A DNA stretch of 64,000 bases from Octopus vulgaris (lineage: Eukaryota), in assembly GCA_951406725.2 (NCBI GenBank), contig OX597842.1:2542001-2606000 (forward strand), given 5' to 3'. Positions within the stretch are counted from its first letter, which is position 1. Each line of letters starts with the position of its first letter. Positions 35,660 to 48,394 of this stretch are shown piece by piece. The notes under the pieces are model-generated. The model saw only the letters and a list, made by a program, of their open reading frames with translations. It ran no database searches and was not told the DNA's origin. Position numbers and translations under genes: made by a program.

Positions 35660-36171
35660 ATTGCACACCTTGTAATGCTAGAGATGTACTATGGTGTCAG
35701 CTATTCACTACCAGTGAACTAAGGTAACACCTCATATTTTTCGAGCACCTTCCGGAGTATTCGAGCGGTTCCAAGCAGTGCTCTTTTCTGCAAATGTTCC
35801 ACCCTTATTACAGCCCCTATTTGTTCCACGTACTTCTCGATATTTTTACACACTGTTCCCAGGGCTCCGACAATTATTGGTACTACTACCACCTTTTTCA
35901 TCAACCACAACTGCTTAACCTCCCAAGCTAACTTGTCATATCTATCGACTTTCCTTTCTTCCTCATCACATACCTTGTTGTCAGCTGGGCATGCCATATC
36001 TATGATCCAGCAGAGTTTGGTTTCTTTCTCAATTAAGACTATGTCTGGCTTCCTATTCTCTATCTCATGGTCGCACTGAATCAATCATAAAATCCCATAG
36101 GATCTTTGCATTATCATTTTCGATGATGCCTTCGGGTTTATGGTCGTACAAATTTTTTTTTCTGTCAAGTC

Positions 36172-36172
<1 letters not shown>
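35660..36172 (-). mobile_element. 5'-truncated R4/Dong-like non-LTR retrotransposon (restriction-like endonuclease C-terminus, frameshifted)
   Basis: KPEGIIENDNAKILWDFMI/QCDHEIENRKPDIVLIEK...IIDMACPAD...KVDRY...VPIIVGALG...LQKRALLGTARILRKVL, a PD-(D/E)xK-type domain; (TAA)n at both ends. Confidence 0.85.
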
Positions 36173-36367
<195 letters not shown>

Positions 36368-36369
36368 CA

Positions 36370-36592
36370 AGATGATCTTGGATGGTGAGGTTCCTTGATT
36401 ATCCCTAGAGGTCCTTCACTATCATTTTCCCCCCTCTTTTTCTAGTGTTGTATACTATGTTTGCTTCCCTTCTAATGTATACTATGTATACTTTTTTATT
36501 TTATCATTCCATTATATGTAAAACCCCACACTTTATGTCTATCTTTGTATTGTCCCCCCTCATCTTTTACCCTGGTGGCAAATAAAAGAAAT
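36370..36592 (+). mobile_element. Probable 3' UTR fragment of a second L1/Tx1-like LINE
   Basis: Ends TTGTCCCCCCTCATCTTTTACCCTGGTGGCAAATAAAAGAAAT, resembling the 3' end at 11106-11147 and the family B long tail. Confidence 0.4.
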
Positions 36593-36611
36593 CATTATTA
36601 TTATTATCATT

Positions 36612-36786
36612 TTATTTTTATAGCATGCTTTCACTTCACTACCGAGTGCAGCTCTGTGTGCCTTGGGTATGTGCTGTGATTTGTTGTGATGCTCTGATGG
36701 TTATTGTATGGAAAGTGTTCTGCGTAGGATGTGTGCAGTGCCTAGTAGTGCAATTTTCTGTATGTTATATGTGTTTGTAAGTCCTG

Positions 36787-36834
<48 letters not shown>

Positions 36835-37256
36835 TAGTTTTATTTTTATAGCGTGCTTTCACTTCACTACCGAGCGCAGCTCTGTGTGCCTTGGGTATGT
36901 GCTGTGATTTGTTGTGATGCTCTGATGGTTATTGTATGAAAAGTGTTCTGCGTAGGATATGTGCAGTGCCTAGTAGTGCAATTTTCTGTATGTTATATGT
37001 GTTTGTAAGTCCTGGTGTTTTTGTTATGTATTTATCTGAATATTTTTTTATCATGCCTAAAGCACCTACTATGATAGGAATTGTTTCTGTTTTCAGATTC
37101 CACATTCTAGTTACCTCTATTTCCAGGTCTTTGTATTTTGAGAGTTTCTCCATTTCTTTTAGAGACACGTTGTCATCAGCCGGTATTGATACATCAATTA
37201 GAAAGCATTTTTTTTTCTTCATGGTCTCTGACAACTATATCTGGTCTGTTGGCCTT
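36612..37256 (-). mobile_element. Two tandem 3' fragments of an R4/Dong-like LINE (36612-36788; 36832-37256)
   Basis: CFLIDVSIPADDNVSLKEMEKLSKYKDLEIEVTRMWNLKTETIPIIVGALG...QKIALLGTAHILRRTL; separated and flanked by (TAA)n. Confidence 0.85.
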
Positions 37257-37267
37257 AATTATTATTA

Positions 37268-37306
<39 letters not shown>

Positions 37307-37352
37307 TCAATATTATTATTATTATTATTGTTATTATTATCATCATTATTAT

Positions 37353-37845
37353 TAAGGTGGCAAGCTAGCAGAATTATTTGTATTTCATCTGTTTTTATGT
37401 TCTGAGTTCAAATTCTGCCAAGGTTGATTTTGCCTTTCATCCTTTTGGGGTTGATAAATTAAGTACTAGTTGCATACTGGAGTTGACTAAATGAACTGAC
37501 CCCCTCCCCCCAAATTTCAGGCCTTGTGCCTATAGTAGAAAGGATTATTATTATTATTATTAAGGCAGCAAGCTGGCAGAATTATTTGACTTAACCCCTT
37601 CCTGTGACCTTGCTGGCCTTGTGTCAAAATTTGAAATCACTATTACTATTATTATTCATGCCAGGTGAAATGTTTAGTGGTATTTTGTCTGTTTCTACAT
37701 TCTGAGTTCAAATTCCGCTGAAGTCAGTTTTGCTTTTCATCCTTTTGAGGTCGATTAAATAAGTAGCAGTGAAACACTAAGGTTGATATAATTGTCTATT
37801 CCACACCCCACAAAAAATTTCAGGCCTTGTACCTGTAGTAGAAAG
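37353..37845 (+). mobile_element. Decayed SINE family B copies with short tails
   Basis: Family B body, tails ending GTAGAAAGGATTATT. Confidence 0.7.
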
Positions 37846-37860
37846 GATTATTATTATTAT

Positions 37861-38382
37861 TGAGTGAGAGAGCAGTGCATGCCATCAAAGTGACACTAGG
37901 GTAAAATATACGAAGCCCAGTATACCCATCTGATAAGGGTACACTAGGCACATGCATCACAACCATATGTGCGCGACATGGTGATCTCATATCAAGATAA
38001 ACAGCGCATGACCTTGCAGGTGGGGCCCAGTTAGAATTTTCTTCTGGTCGAGTAACCCATCCCGCTCAAACGGTCCCTGAATAAGGGTTGTTTAAGGATG
38101 TTGAACGAAACACCCATGTTTCCAGACGTGAATTATCCAAACCCCAAAGAATCCTTCTCAACACACGGCTATGATGCTCTCCCACTACTTCTGCTCGTGA
38201 TCAGAGATGCACATATCGTCAGCCACTAAGGGACATGCTCAACTGGTTAAGGTCAAACAACTGAAGCAAATCTGTGGTATTGAGCAGAATATTTGCTGTA
38301 GCCCATCTTTTATACCAAGACAAAACAATGTACATGATAACACTTCCAATCAGTTAAGATCAGAAGCCATGAGAGCCATTGC
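37861..38382 (-). mobile_element. Unclassified non-LTR-type 3' fragment ending in (TAA)n; second copy ~43470-43745
   Basis: Two similar copies in the window sharing the same end next to TAA/ATT repeats and truncated at different points. Confidence 0.5.
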
Positions 38383-38383
38383 C

Positions 38384-38458
<75 letters not shown>

Positions 38459-38469
38459 TATTATTATTC

Positions 38470-38999
38470 AGTAGTGCCTTGGGTATGTGCTGTGGTTTGC
38501 TGTGATGCTCTGATGGTTACTGTATTGAAAGTGTTTTGTGTAGGATGTGTGAGGTGCCTAATAGTGCACTTTTCTGTATGTTATATGTGTTTGTAAGTCC
38601 TGGTGTTTTTGTTATGTATTTTTTTCTATCATGCCTAATGCGCCTACTATGATAGGAATTGTTTCTGTTTTTAGATTCCACACTCGATTTACCTCTATTT
38701 CCAGGTCTTTGTATTTTGAAACTTTCTCCATTTCCTTTAGAGAAACATTGTCATCTGCTGGTATTGATACATCAATTAGAAAGCAACTTTTTTCTTCATG
38801 ATCTCTGACAACTATATCTGGCCTATTGTTCTTAATTTCTCTATCTGTGTGTATTGGCATATCCCAGAGTATTGTTGCTTTCTCATTTTCTGTGACCTTC
38901 TCTGGGGTGTGCCTTTACCATCTCTTTTCTGTTGTTATTCCATAGTATTGGCATAGCTACCAGTGTAGATAGGTCCCAACTCTGTTGTGCCTGTGAATA

Positions 39000-39000
<1 letters not shown>
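38470..39000 (-). mobile_element. R4/Dong-like LINE 3' fragment
   Basis: ...ILWDMPIHTDREIKNNRPDIVVRDHEEKSCFLIDVSIPADD...IPIIVGALG; flanked by (TAA)n. Confidence 0.85.
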
Positions 39001-39048
<48 letters not shown>

Positions 39049-39050
<2 letters not shown>

Positions 39051-39462
39051 GGCAGTGAGCTGGCAGAGTCGTTAGCATGCCTAGCAAAACGCTTTCATCT
39101 GTCTTCACATTCTGTGTTCAAATTCCACTTTGCATTTTATCTTTTCTGGGTTGATAAATTAAGTACCAATGAGACGCTGGGGTCGATGTAATTGACTTAG
39201 CCCCTTCCCCAAATTCAGTCCTTGTGGCTGTAGTAGAAAGGATTATTATTATTATTAAGGGAGCAAGCTGGCAGAATCTTTAGCATGTCAGGTGAAATGC
39301 TTAGCAGTATTTCCTCTGTCGCCACGTTCTGAGTTCAAATTCCACCGAGGTCGACTTTGCCTTTCATCCCTTCAGGATTGATGAAATAAGTACCAGTTGA
39401 ACACTGGGGTCAACTAGCCCCCATTTCCAAAATTTCAGGCCTTGTGCCTGTAGTAGAAAGGA
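39049..39462 (+). mobile_element. Two SINE family B copies with short tails
   Basis: Family B head and body, tails ending GTAGAAAGGATTATT. Confidence 0.75.
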
Positions 39463-39929
39463 TTATTATTATTATCATCATTATTATTATCCTTATTATT
39501 TGTACTAATATTTCATTTTTAAAAAGGACTCAGAAAAAAAAAGAAAATAAGGGGTTGAACAGTGCATTGAGTGACAGAAGGGAGTGAAAGGGCTGTTTTT
39601 TGATAAATAATTATGGGCTTATTAAACTAAAGGACCTGTTACAAAGAAGGGGTAGGGAAAATAAAAAGGGAACAGGTGCACTGCTATAAATTAAAAGCAT
39701 TTTTTGCAATATATTAGAGTAGCAAGGATGAGGGGAGTGCGACGGGTGATATGTTAACAATATCTCAATTAATATATCTGACTCAGCAAATGTTTTTGTT
39801 GTTGTTGTGAATATGTTGTATGTATTAGCCAATGAGGGAGACCTCTACACGGTAGATACACCTGGTAGAAATAGCAGCCAAATCTCCCTTAAATCACACC
39901 CTACTGTCTTATACACTCTCTTCACACTT

Positions 39930-40140
39930 TTTTCTTGTTTCAGTCATTTGATTGTGGCCATACTGGAGCACTGCCTTTAGTTGAGCAAATCGACCCCAGG
40001 ACTTATTCTTTGTATGCCTAGTACTTATTCTATCGATCTCTTTTGCAGAACTGCTAAATTATGGGGACGTAAACACACCAGCATCGGTTGTCAAGCGATA
40101 TTGGGGGGACAAACACAGACGCACAAGCACATACACGCAC

Positions 40141-40214
<74 letters not shown>

Positions 40215-40352
40215 GGCTTCTTTCAGTTTCCATCTACCAAATCCACTCACAAGGCTTTGGTCGGCCCGAGGCTATAGTAGAAGACACTTGCCCAAGGTGC
40301 CACAGTAGGACTGAACCCAGAACCATGTGGTTTGTAAGCAAGCTACTTACCA
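39930..40352 (-). mobile_element. SINE family A
   Basis: Family A unit. Confidence 0.85.
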
Positions 40353-40949
40353 CGCTGCTACTTGAATGAGCCAATGAGGGAGACCACTACATGGTAGCTA
40401 GATCTAGTTGGAATAGCAGCCAAATCTCCCTCAAATTACTACATACTGTCTTATATATGTTTATATGTATAAGACGATGAGGGAGACTTCTACATGGTAG
40501 CTAGACCTGGTAGAAATAGCAACCAAATCTCCCTCAAATCACACACTACTGTCTTGTGTATGTATATATGTATGAGCTGATGAGGGAGAGTTTTACATGG
40601 TAGCTAGTTGTGGTAGGAATAGCAGCCAATTCTCCCTCAAATCACTGCACACTGTGTTACGTATGTGTATGTATAAGTAAATGAGAGACCTCTACATGTG
40701 TGTGTGCTTGTGTTTGTCCCCACCACTGTTGGTTTGTTTACATCCATGTAAATTAGCATTTCAGCAAAAGCAACTGATAAAATAAGAACCAGACATTAAA
40801 ACAAAAAAAGAAAACAATGCTAAATTCCTTTGACTAAAAAAACTTTTCAAGGCCGTGCCCCTGCATGGCCACAGTCTAATGACTGAAACAAATAGAAGAT
40901 ATAATACAAACATATGGTCCTCCTATGTATTTGTTTGCTTAGAATAATG

Positions 40950-41100
40950 AAAACCCCTTAATCCCTTTTAAAAACATGTTACTAAACTGGATTACTCATT
41001 GAAATAACTAAAGAGGGTGAAATACGTAATTCATTTAAGCCTGGTTTAATTAGTGAGGAAACCGGATTAATATGGATTAGTAATGACTGAATTTAGGTGG
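40950..41100. promoter_or_regulatory. Cluster of K50-homeodomain sites (candidate enhancer)
   Basis: TAATCC at 40959, GGATTA at 40989, 41064 and 41074, TAATTA at 41047. Confidence 0.4.
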
Positions 41101-41214
41101 TTTATGTTACAGGAATATTGTTATGAGTTTCATCTCTTTTGATTTTAAGCAGTTTGCTCTGCCTGAGAAGACAAGCCAAGCCAAGTAAAAGCATGGCTGT
41201 CCTTGCATACAGGC

Positions 41215-41790
41215 TTGTGATTTGAGGCAGATTTGGTTGCTATTTCTGCCAGCTCTAGCAACCATGTAGAGGTCTCCCTCATTGGCTCATACATACATAT
41301 CTACATACATAAGGCAGTAGGGTGTGATTTGAGAGAGATTTGGCTGCTATTTCTACCAGCTCTAGCAAATATGTAGAGGTCTCCCTCATTGTCTCATACA
41401 CACATATCTACATACATAAAACAGTAGGGTGTGATTTGAGGGAGATTTGGCTGCTGTTTCTACCAGTTCTAGCAACCATGTAGAGGTCTCCCTCATTGGC
41501 TCATACATACATATCTACATACATAAGGCAGTAGGGTGAGATTTGAGGGAGATTTGGCTGCTATTTCTACCAGTTCTACCAATCATGTAGAGGTCTCCTT
41601 CATTGTCTCATACACACATATATACATACATAAAACAGTAGGGTGTGATTTGGGGGAGATTTGGCTGCTATTTCTACCAGTTCTACCAATCATGTAGAGG
41701 TCTCCCTCATTGTCTCAAACACACATATATACATACATAAGACAGTAGGGTGTGTCTTGAGGGAGATTTGGCTGCTATTTCTACCAGGTG
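41215..41790 (+). repeat. Tandem array with exact 107-bp period (more than 5 units)
   Basis: GGGTG anchor at 41320, 41427, 41534, 41641 and 41748. Confidence 0.9.
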
Positions 41791-42166
41791 TATCTCCATA
41801 TGAACGTTTCTGACCTTGCTGGCTCATGGGAGCTGGTGCCATGTAAAAGCACCCAGTCCACTCTGTAAGGTGGTTGGCATTAGGAAGGGCATCCAGCTGT
41901 AGAAACCAAGCCAAAATAGACGAAGGACTTGAGGCAGCTCTGGTCAAACCACACAACCCATGCCAGCATGGAAAACAGATACTCTTACTCTTTTACTTGT
42001 TTCAGTCATTTGACTGTGGCCATGCTGGAGCACCACCTTTAGTCGAGCAAATCGCCCCCAGGACTTGTTTTTTGTAAGCCTGGTACTTATTCTATCGGTC
42101 TCTTTTGCCGAATCGCTAAGTTACGGTTGTCAAGCGATGTTGGGAGTGACAAACACAGACACACAA

Positions 42167-42514
<348 letters not shown>

Positions 42515-42517
<3 letters not shown>

Positions 42518-42830
42518 GGGCGCAATGGCCCAGTGGTTAGGGCAGCGGACTCGCGGTTGGAGGATCGCTGTTTTGATTCCCAGACTGAGCATTGTATGTG
42601 TTTATTGAGCAAAAACACCTAATGCTCCAGCAGGGGTTGTGGTGACTCCTGTTGTACTCTTTCACCCCAACTTTCTCTCGCTCTTTCTTCCTGTTTTGGG
42701 GTAACGCTGCAATGGTTGGTGTGTTTACATCCCGCCCAGTCCAGCTGGGAGGAACACATACGCCACAGAAACCGGGAAACCAGACCCATGAGCCTGGCTA
42801 GGCTTGAAAAGAGTGCATAAATAAATAAAT
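42515..42830 (+). mobile_element. tRNA-headed SINE family D
   Basis: GGGGCGCAATGGCCCAGTGGTTAGGGC A-box head, degenerate B box, tail ...CCCATGAGCCTGGCTAGGCTTGAAAAGAGTGCA(TAAA)n. Confidence 0.75.
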
Positions 42831-43000
42831 ATATATATATATATATATAAGTAATTTCAATATGGAGCAAATAATTCACAAAGAAATAATTTGCAAAGAT
42901 ACCATTGAATCTGTTATAATCTATTAAAAATGATAATAACAGAATCAATAATATAGGCAATTGCAGGCCCCAAAACAAGCTTTAAATAGCTGAAGGATTA

Positions 43001-43139
43001 AAAATTAATCAAAGGACATACAAAGTATATCTACCTGCTGGAAATAACAGTCAAAATTCTTATTTTGGTGAATTAAATAATAGTTTTGACTGTTATTTCC
43101 AGCAGGTAGACATACTTAGTATGTCCTTTGATTAATTTT
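43001..43139. repeat. 56-bp inverted repeat (hairpin) with 27-nt spacer
   Basis: 43001-43056 versus 43084-43139: 54/56 complementary. Confidence 0.9.
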
Positions 43140-43148
43140 ATATATATA

Positions 43149-43368
43149 CAAAAGGGTATGCTGAAGAACATTCTGGCTTTAAGGGTATTGCAAAGGACCT
43201 GGTTAGAGGCCCAACCATTTGAGTCCTTTTACAGGGATTAGAAAATCTGGATGACTACTGTAATAAGTGTGTGAATCTGAGAGGGGAATATGTGGAATAA
43301 AATCATAATTAATGGATCCTCCTCTATTTTCTTTTACCCAAAACCAGGAACATTTCAGCAACCCCTCA
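43149..43368 (+). mobile_element. Internally deleted mariner element
   Basis: TA-flanked degenerate TIRs; retains transposase C-terminus GLENLDDYCNKCVNLRGEYVE*. Confidence 0.7.
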
Positions 43369-44414
43369 TATATTTAAATATATATCCGTCCAACCCGTGC
43401 TAGCGCGGAAAACGGATGTTAGATGATGATGATGATATATATATAATAATAATAATAATAGTAGGGAAGGAGAGCAATGCATGCCATCAAAAGTGACACT
43501 GGGTTAAAATATACGAAGCCCAGTATACCCATCATGACTACCCGTCTGGTAAGGGTACACCAGGAACATGCATCACAACCATATGTGCATGACATGGTGA
43601 TCTCATATCAAGATAAACAGCATATAGCAAGATATATGTCTTGCAGGTGGGGCCCAGTTAGAATTTTCTTCTAGTCAAATAACCCAGCCCCCTCAAAAGG
43701 TCCCTGAATAAGGGTTATTTAAGGATGTTGAATGAAACACCCATGTTACAATTCCAAAACTTAGAGGGAAAAATTCAATTTAACAATTTTAAATCAAATT
43801 TCACAGTATATAATATATGTATATAATTTAGAGAAAACCTCTCTTAAACAATTCAATAATGAAAAGATGTTATTCACACCATATAGAAAATATATACTAT
43901 AAAAGCCTTATTCTAAAAATCAATAAAGTTTCCATCTACCATATCCACTCACGTGGCTTTGGTTGAGCCAAGGTTATAAGAACTTTGCCCAAGCTGCCAC
44001 ACAGTGGGGTTGAACCTGGAACCATTTGCTTTGGAAGGAAACATCTTACCACACAGCCACACATTCTTCTCCAAGTTAACACGCATATCTTGGAACGGGC
44101 TACTAACCAAGGCTGAGGTTTGCCTCTACATGAGAATACTTTAATTTCTCTGTGTATGTGTGTCTGTCTGTGAATTATATGTTAGTTTCAAGGTTGTTTT
44201 AAAAAAGTGAGACCCTCCCCCAATGTCCCTGCTATCCGATTCCAAAGCTGGCACTTCAGTGAGTTACTCGCATGATTCATTCGGATTATCATTAAAGAGG
44301 AATATTTTAAATACACTTCATACTTGACTTCTAAATGGAAAAGATTATTGCAACAGACTGCTCAGGTTGCTTGCTAGGTTTAGTGGTTGCCCAAATTACA
44401 AAATGATAATAATA

Positions 44415-44781
44415 CTCTTTTACTTGTTTCAATCATTTGACTGTGGCCATGCTGGAGCACCGCCTTTAGTCGAGCAAATCAACCCCAGGACATATTTTTT
44501 GTAAGCCTAGTACTTATTCTAAAGGTCTCTTTTGCCAAACCGCTAAGTTACAGGGATGTAAACACAGACACACAAACATATACACACACATATATATATA
44601 CATATATATATACGACAGGCTTCTTTCAGTTTCCGTCAACCAAATCCACTCACAAGGCTTTGGTTGGCCCGAGGCTATAGCTATAATAGAAGACGCCCAA
44701 GGTGCTACGCAGTGGGACTGAATTCGGAAGTATGTGGTTGGTAAGCAAGCTACTTACCACACAGCCACTCCTATGCCTATG

Positions 44782-44817
<36 letters not shown>

Positions 44818-44976
44818 GTGATGGTGATTTCAAATTTTGGTTCAAGGCCAGCAGGTCTGGGGAAGGGGCTAAGGATTTTTTTTACCGACCTCGAAAGAAT
44901 AAAAGGCTAAGTTGACCTTGGCAGTATTTGAATTCAGAATGTAAAGACAAGTGAGATGCTCACCACTTTATTGATC

Positions 44977-45015
<39 letters not shown>

Positions 45016-45265
45016 CCTTTTTATTAAAGGCACAAGACTTGAAATTTGGGGTGAGGTGGGGGCTGGTTGATTACATCAACCCCAGTATTTCAGTGGTACT
45101 TAATTTATCAACCCCAAAAGGATGAAAGGTAATGTTGACCTTGGCAGAATTTGAACTCTGAACTGCTAAGTTACGGGGATGTAAACACACCAACATCAGT
45201 TGTCAAGCAATTGTGGGGGGACAAATACAAATATGCTTACATATGCACATACATAATTATGTATA

Positions 45266-45319
<54 letters not shown>

Positions 45320-46260
45320 CATATATATACATATACATATATATACAATGGGCTTCTTTCAGTTTCTCTCTACTGAATTCACTCTAAAGGTTTTGGTCAA
45401 TAGAAGACACTTGCCCAAGATGCCATGCTGTGGGGCTGAACCCTGAACCATATGGCTGGGAAGCAAGCTTCTTACCACACAACCATGCCTAGTTCAACTG
45501 AAACCCTTCATGACAGTGCCCCAGTCTGGGCACAGTCCAGTGACCAAAATGAGTAAAAGATAAGGATGTAGGCACAGGCATTGCTGTGTGGTAAGAAGCT
45601 TGCTGCCCAACCACATGTTTCTAGGTTTGTCCCACTGCGTGGCACCTGGGCAGTTGTCTTCTATTTTAGCCTCAGGCTGACGAAAACCTTGTGAGTAGAT
45701 TTGGTAGGCGGAAACTGAAAGAAGTCTGTCATGTGTATATATGTGTATATATATATATACACATATACATATATAACACAGGCTTCTTTCAGTTTCTGTC
45801 TACCAGATCAACTTACAAGGATTTGGTCGGCCTGAGGCTATAGTATAAGACACTTGCCCAAGGTGCCATGCAGTGGGACTGAACCCAGAACCATGTGGTT
45901 GGTAAGCAAGCTACTTACCACATAGCCACTCCTAAATGTTTGTGTGTGTGTGTCTGTGTTTGTCCCCCCACCACAACCTGGCAATCAGTGTTGGTGTATT
46001 TGCATACCCATAACTTAGCAGTGCAACAAAAGAGAATGATAGAATAAATACCAGGCTTTAAAAAAAGAAAGAAAATAAGTCCTGGCATTGAGTCATTCAA
46101 CTAAAAATTCTTCAAGGCAGTGCCCCAGCATGGCCAGTCTAATGACTGAAACAATTCAAAGACCAAAACACAAAAGACTGAAATCAATTTATTTAATTAA
46201 AACTCTTCGAGATGGTGCCCCAGCATGACCACAGTCCAATGGGCAAAACAAATAAAAGAT
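44415..46260. mobile_element. Nested cluster of SINE A (44415-44778 -, 45160-45490 -, 45570-45730 +, 45778-45932 -, 45940-46260 +) and SINE B (44825-45160 -) pieces
   Basis: Similarity to the family A and B units. Confidence 0.75.
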
Positions 46261-46974
46261 CACAAGAGTTGGTTGTTACTTTTAAAAATGTTGGTCTGCT
46301 ACTAGTTGCATTATTTGATTGAAAATAGCGAAACTAAAGTAAATGACATCGTATCATCAAGTTGGAATATTGGCCAATTACTTTTTAACAATAACGAGCA
46401 AGGTGGTTATTATTATTATTATTATTATTATTATAAGTCATTAAAAAAAAAAAAGATTATAGTTTTTAAAAAAGATCTGAATTGAAAGAAGAAAAATTGA
46501 GAGAATATGAAAAAGAAAATACATGGAAATGTTGGAGCTTTTAATGTAAATGACTGGATGCTGGGAAAATATCACAATAGGGTAGTGAACCCCTAATTAA
46601 AATGGCTTTTAACTTAATTGTTTCTGAGAGACTGCTGGGAGTTAGTTTTCAAGCATCACGTCTAAATAATTCCTGGATTTAAATAAAGGTTCCATTGTGT
46701 TTGAATTTTTACGGATTACCCCAATTTTCTAGTTGCTTAAGAAAACATACCCCTCCAACCCCCTGCTCACAAAAACATGCCCCTCCAATCCCCTCTCACA
46801 AAAAATTCTGGGGACCAGCATTCCATTAACAAGGTGGCTTTTAGCCGAGATATTTACAGAAATTATTGGGGTTTATTATTATATAACACGTCATCTAAAT
46901 ATCGCTAAATTAAAAGAAATTCCATTGTGTGAGAACATTGGTAAATTGTTGCTTACATTCTCTAAACACAAGCT

Positions 46975-47880
46975 TGGCTCTGTGGTTAAGAAGCTTGTTC
47001 TTTAACCTCATGGTTCCAGGTTCAGTCCCACTGTGTGGCACCTTGCCCCCCCCTTTTTTTTTTACTTTAATTTCTGACTGATCAATGCCTCATGAGTTGA
47101 TTTAACTGATGGAAACTAAAAGAACCCCATTGTGTATCAGCAGGTGCAAGCAAAGCTAAGTGGTTAAGAGGCTTGCTTTTCAACAGTGTGATTGCTGGTT
47201 CAGTCACACTGTGCGGTACCTTGAGCAGTTGTTCTTTTACTTTAGCTTCCAACTGATCAGTTCCTTGTGAGTGGATTTAGTTGACGGAAACTGAAAGAAG
47301 CCCATTATGCATCTGTTAGTGCAGGTAAGATTGTGTGGTTAAGAAACCAGGTTCAGTCCCACTGCATGGCACCTTGGGCAAGTTTCTTATACTTGATCCC
47401 CAGACTGATTAATTCCTTATGAGTGGATTTGGTAGACGGAAACTGAAAGAAGCCTGTTGTGTATGTATTTATGCCAGCAAAGCTGTGGGATAAGAAAGCT
47501 TGCTTTTCAACTACATGGGTCTGTGTTCAGTCCCACTCTGCAACACCTTGGGCAAGTGTTTACAGAAGTGTCACCAGGCTGACCGATTCCTTGTGAGTAA
47601 ATTTGGTGGATGGAAACTGTGTGGAAGCCTAGTGCATATATGTGTATGTTTGTGCATGTGTTTTTCTCTTTGTCTCCTCAACATCACTTGACATCTGGGG
47701 TTGGTTTGTTTACATCTTGATAACTTAGTGGTTCAGTGAAAGAACTGATAAAGTACACACCAGGCATAGCTGTGTGGTAAGAAGTTTGCTTCCTAACAGC
47801 ATGGTTCTGGGTACAGTCCCAGTGTATGGCACATTGGGCTAGTGTCTTCCACTATAACCTCATGTGAACCAAAATGTATG
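46975..47880 (+). repeat. Tandem array of diverged SINE A heads (~170-bp period, about 5 units)
   Basis: TGTGGTTAAG...GGTTCAGTCCCACTG...GTGGATTT...GGAAACTGAAAGAAGCC repeated without tails. Confidence 0.75.
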
Positions 47881-47947
47881 TGTGTGTGTATGTCTTTGTG
47901 ACGGTATTTGGAGTTACCACTAAAAAATTCTGATACGATGAATATTA

Positions 47948-48182
47948 AGGCGGCGAGCTGGCAGAAACGTTAGCACACCGGGTGAAATGCTTAGCAGTAT
48001 TTCGTTTGCCGTTACGTTGTGAGTTCAAATTCCGCTGAGGTCGATTTTGCCTTTCAACCTTTCGGGGTCGATTAAATAAGTACTAGTTACGCACTGGGGT
48101 CGATATAATTGACTTAATCCGTTTGTCTGTCCTTGTTTGTCCTCTCTGTGTTTAGCCCTTTGTGGGTAATAAAGAAATAGGT
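47948..48182 (+). mobile_element. SINE family B, full-length, long tail
   Basis: AAGGCGGCGAGCTGGCAG...TTTAGCCCTTTGTGGGTAATAAAGAAAT. Confidence 0.85.
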
Positions 48183-48394
48183 ATTTGTCTCTCACAGCCA
48201 CTTGAAAACTCGGGTCAGTGTGTTTATATTCCTGTAACTTAGCAGTTCAGTTAATTAAACTAAAAATAAAATTAAAGATATAAGTACTGGGATTGATTCA
48301 TCGATTCATTCATCTTAAATTTTTTAAAGTGATGCCCCAGCATGGCCACAGTCAAATGACTGAGACAAGTGAAAGATAAAACAAAAATGATACA

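Noticed and set aside
41215-41790. CRISPR-like regular repeat-spacer appearance (also 6690-8070 and 27560-27890)
   Set aside because: The intervals are homologous to each other rather than unique spacers, the repeats are too long, the context is eukaryotic and there are no cas genes
42515-42590. Possible tRNA gene
   Set aside because: The A box is present but the B box and acceptor stem are degenerate, and it continues into a SINE body and tail shared with 7085-7312
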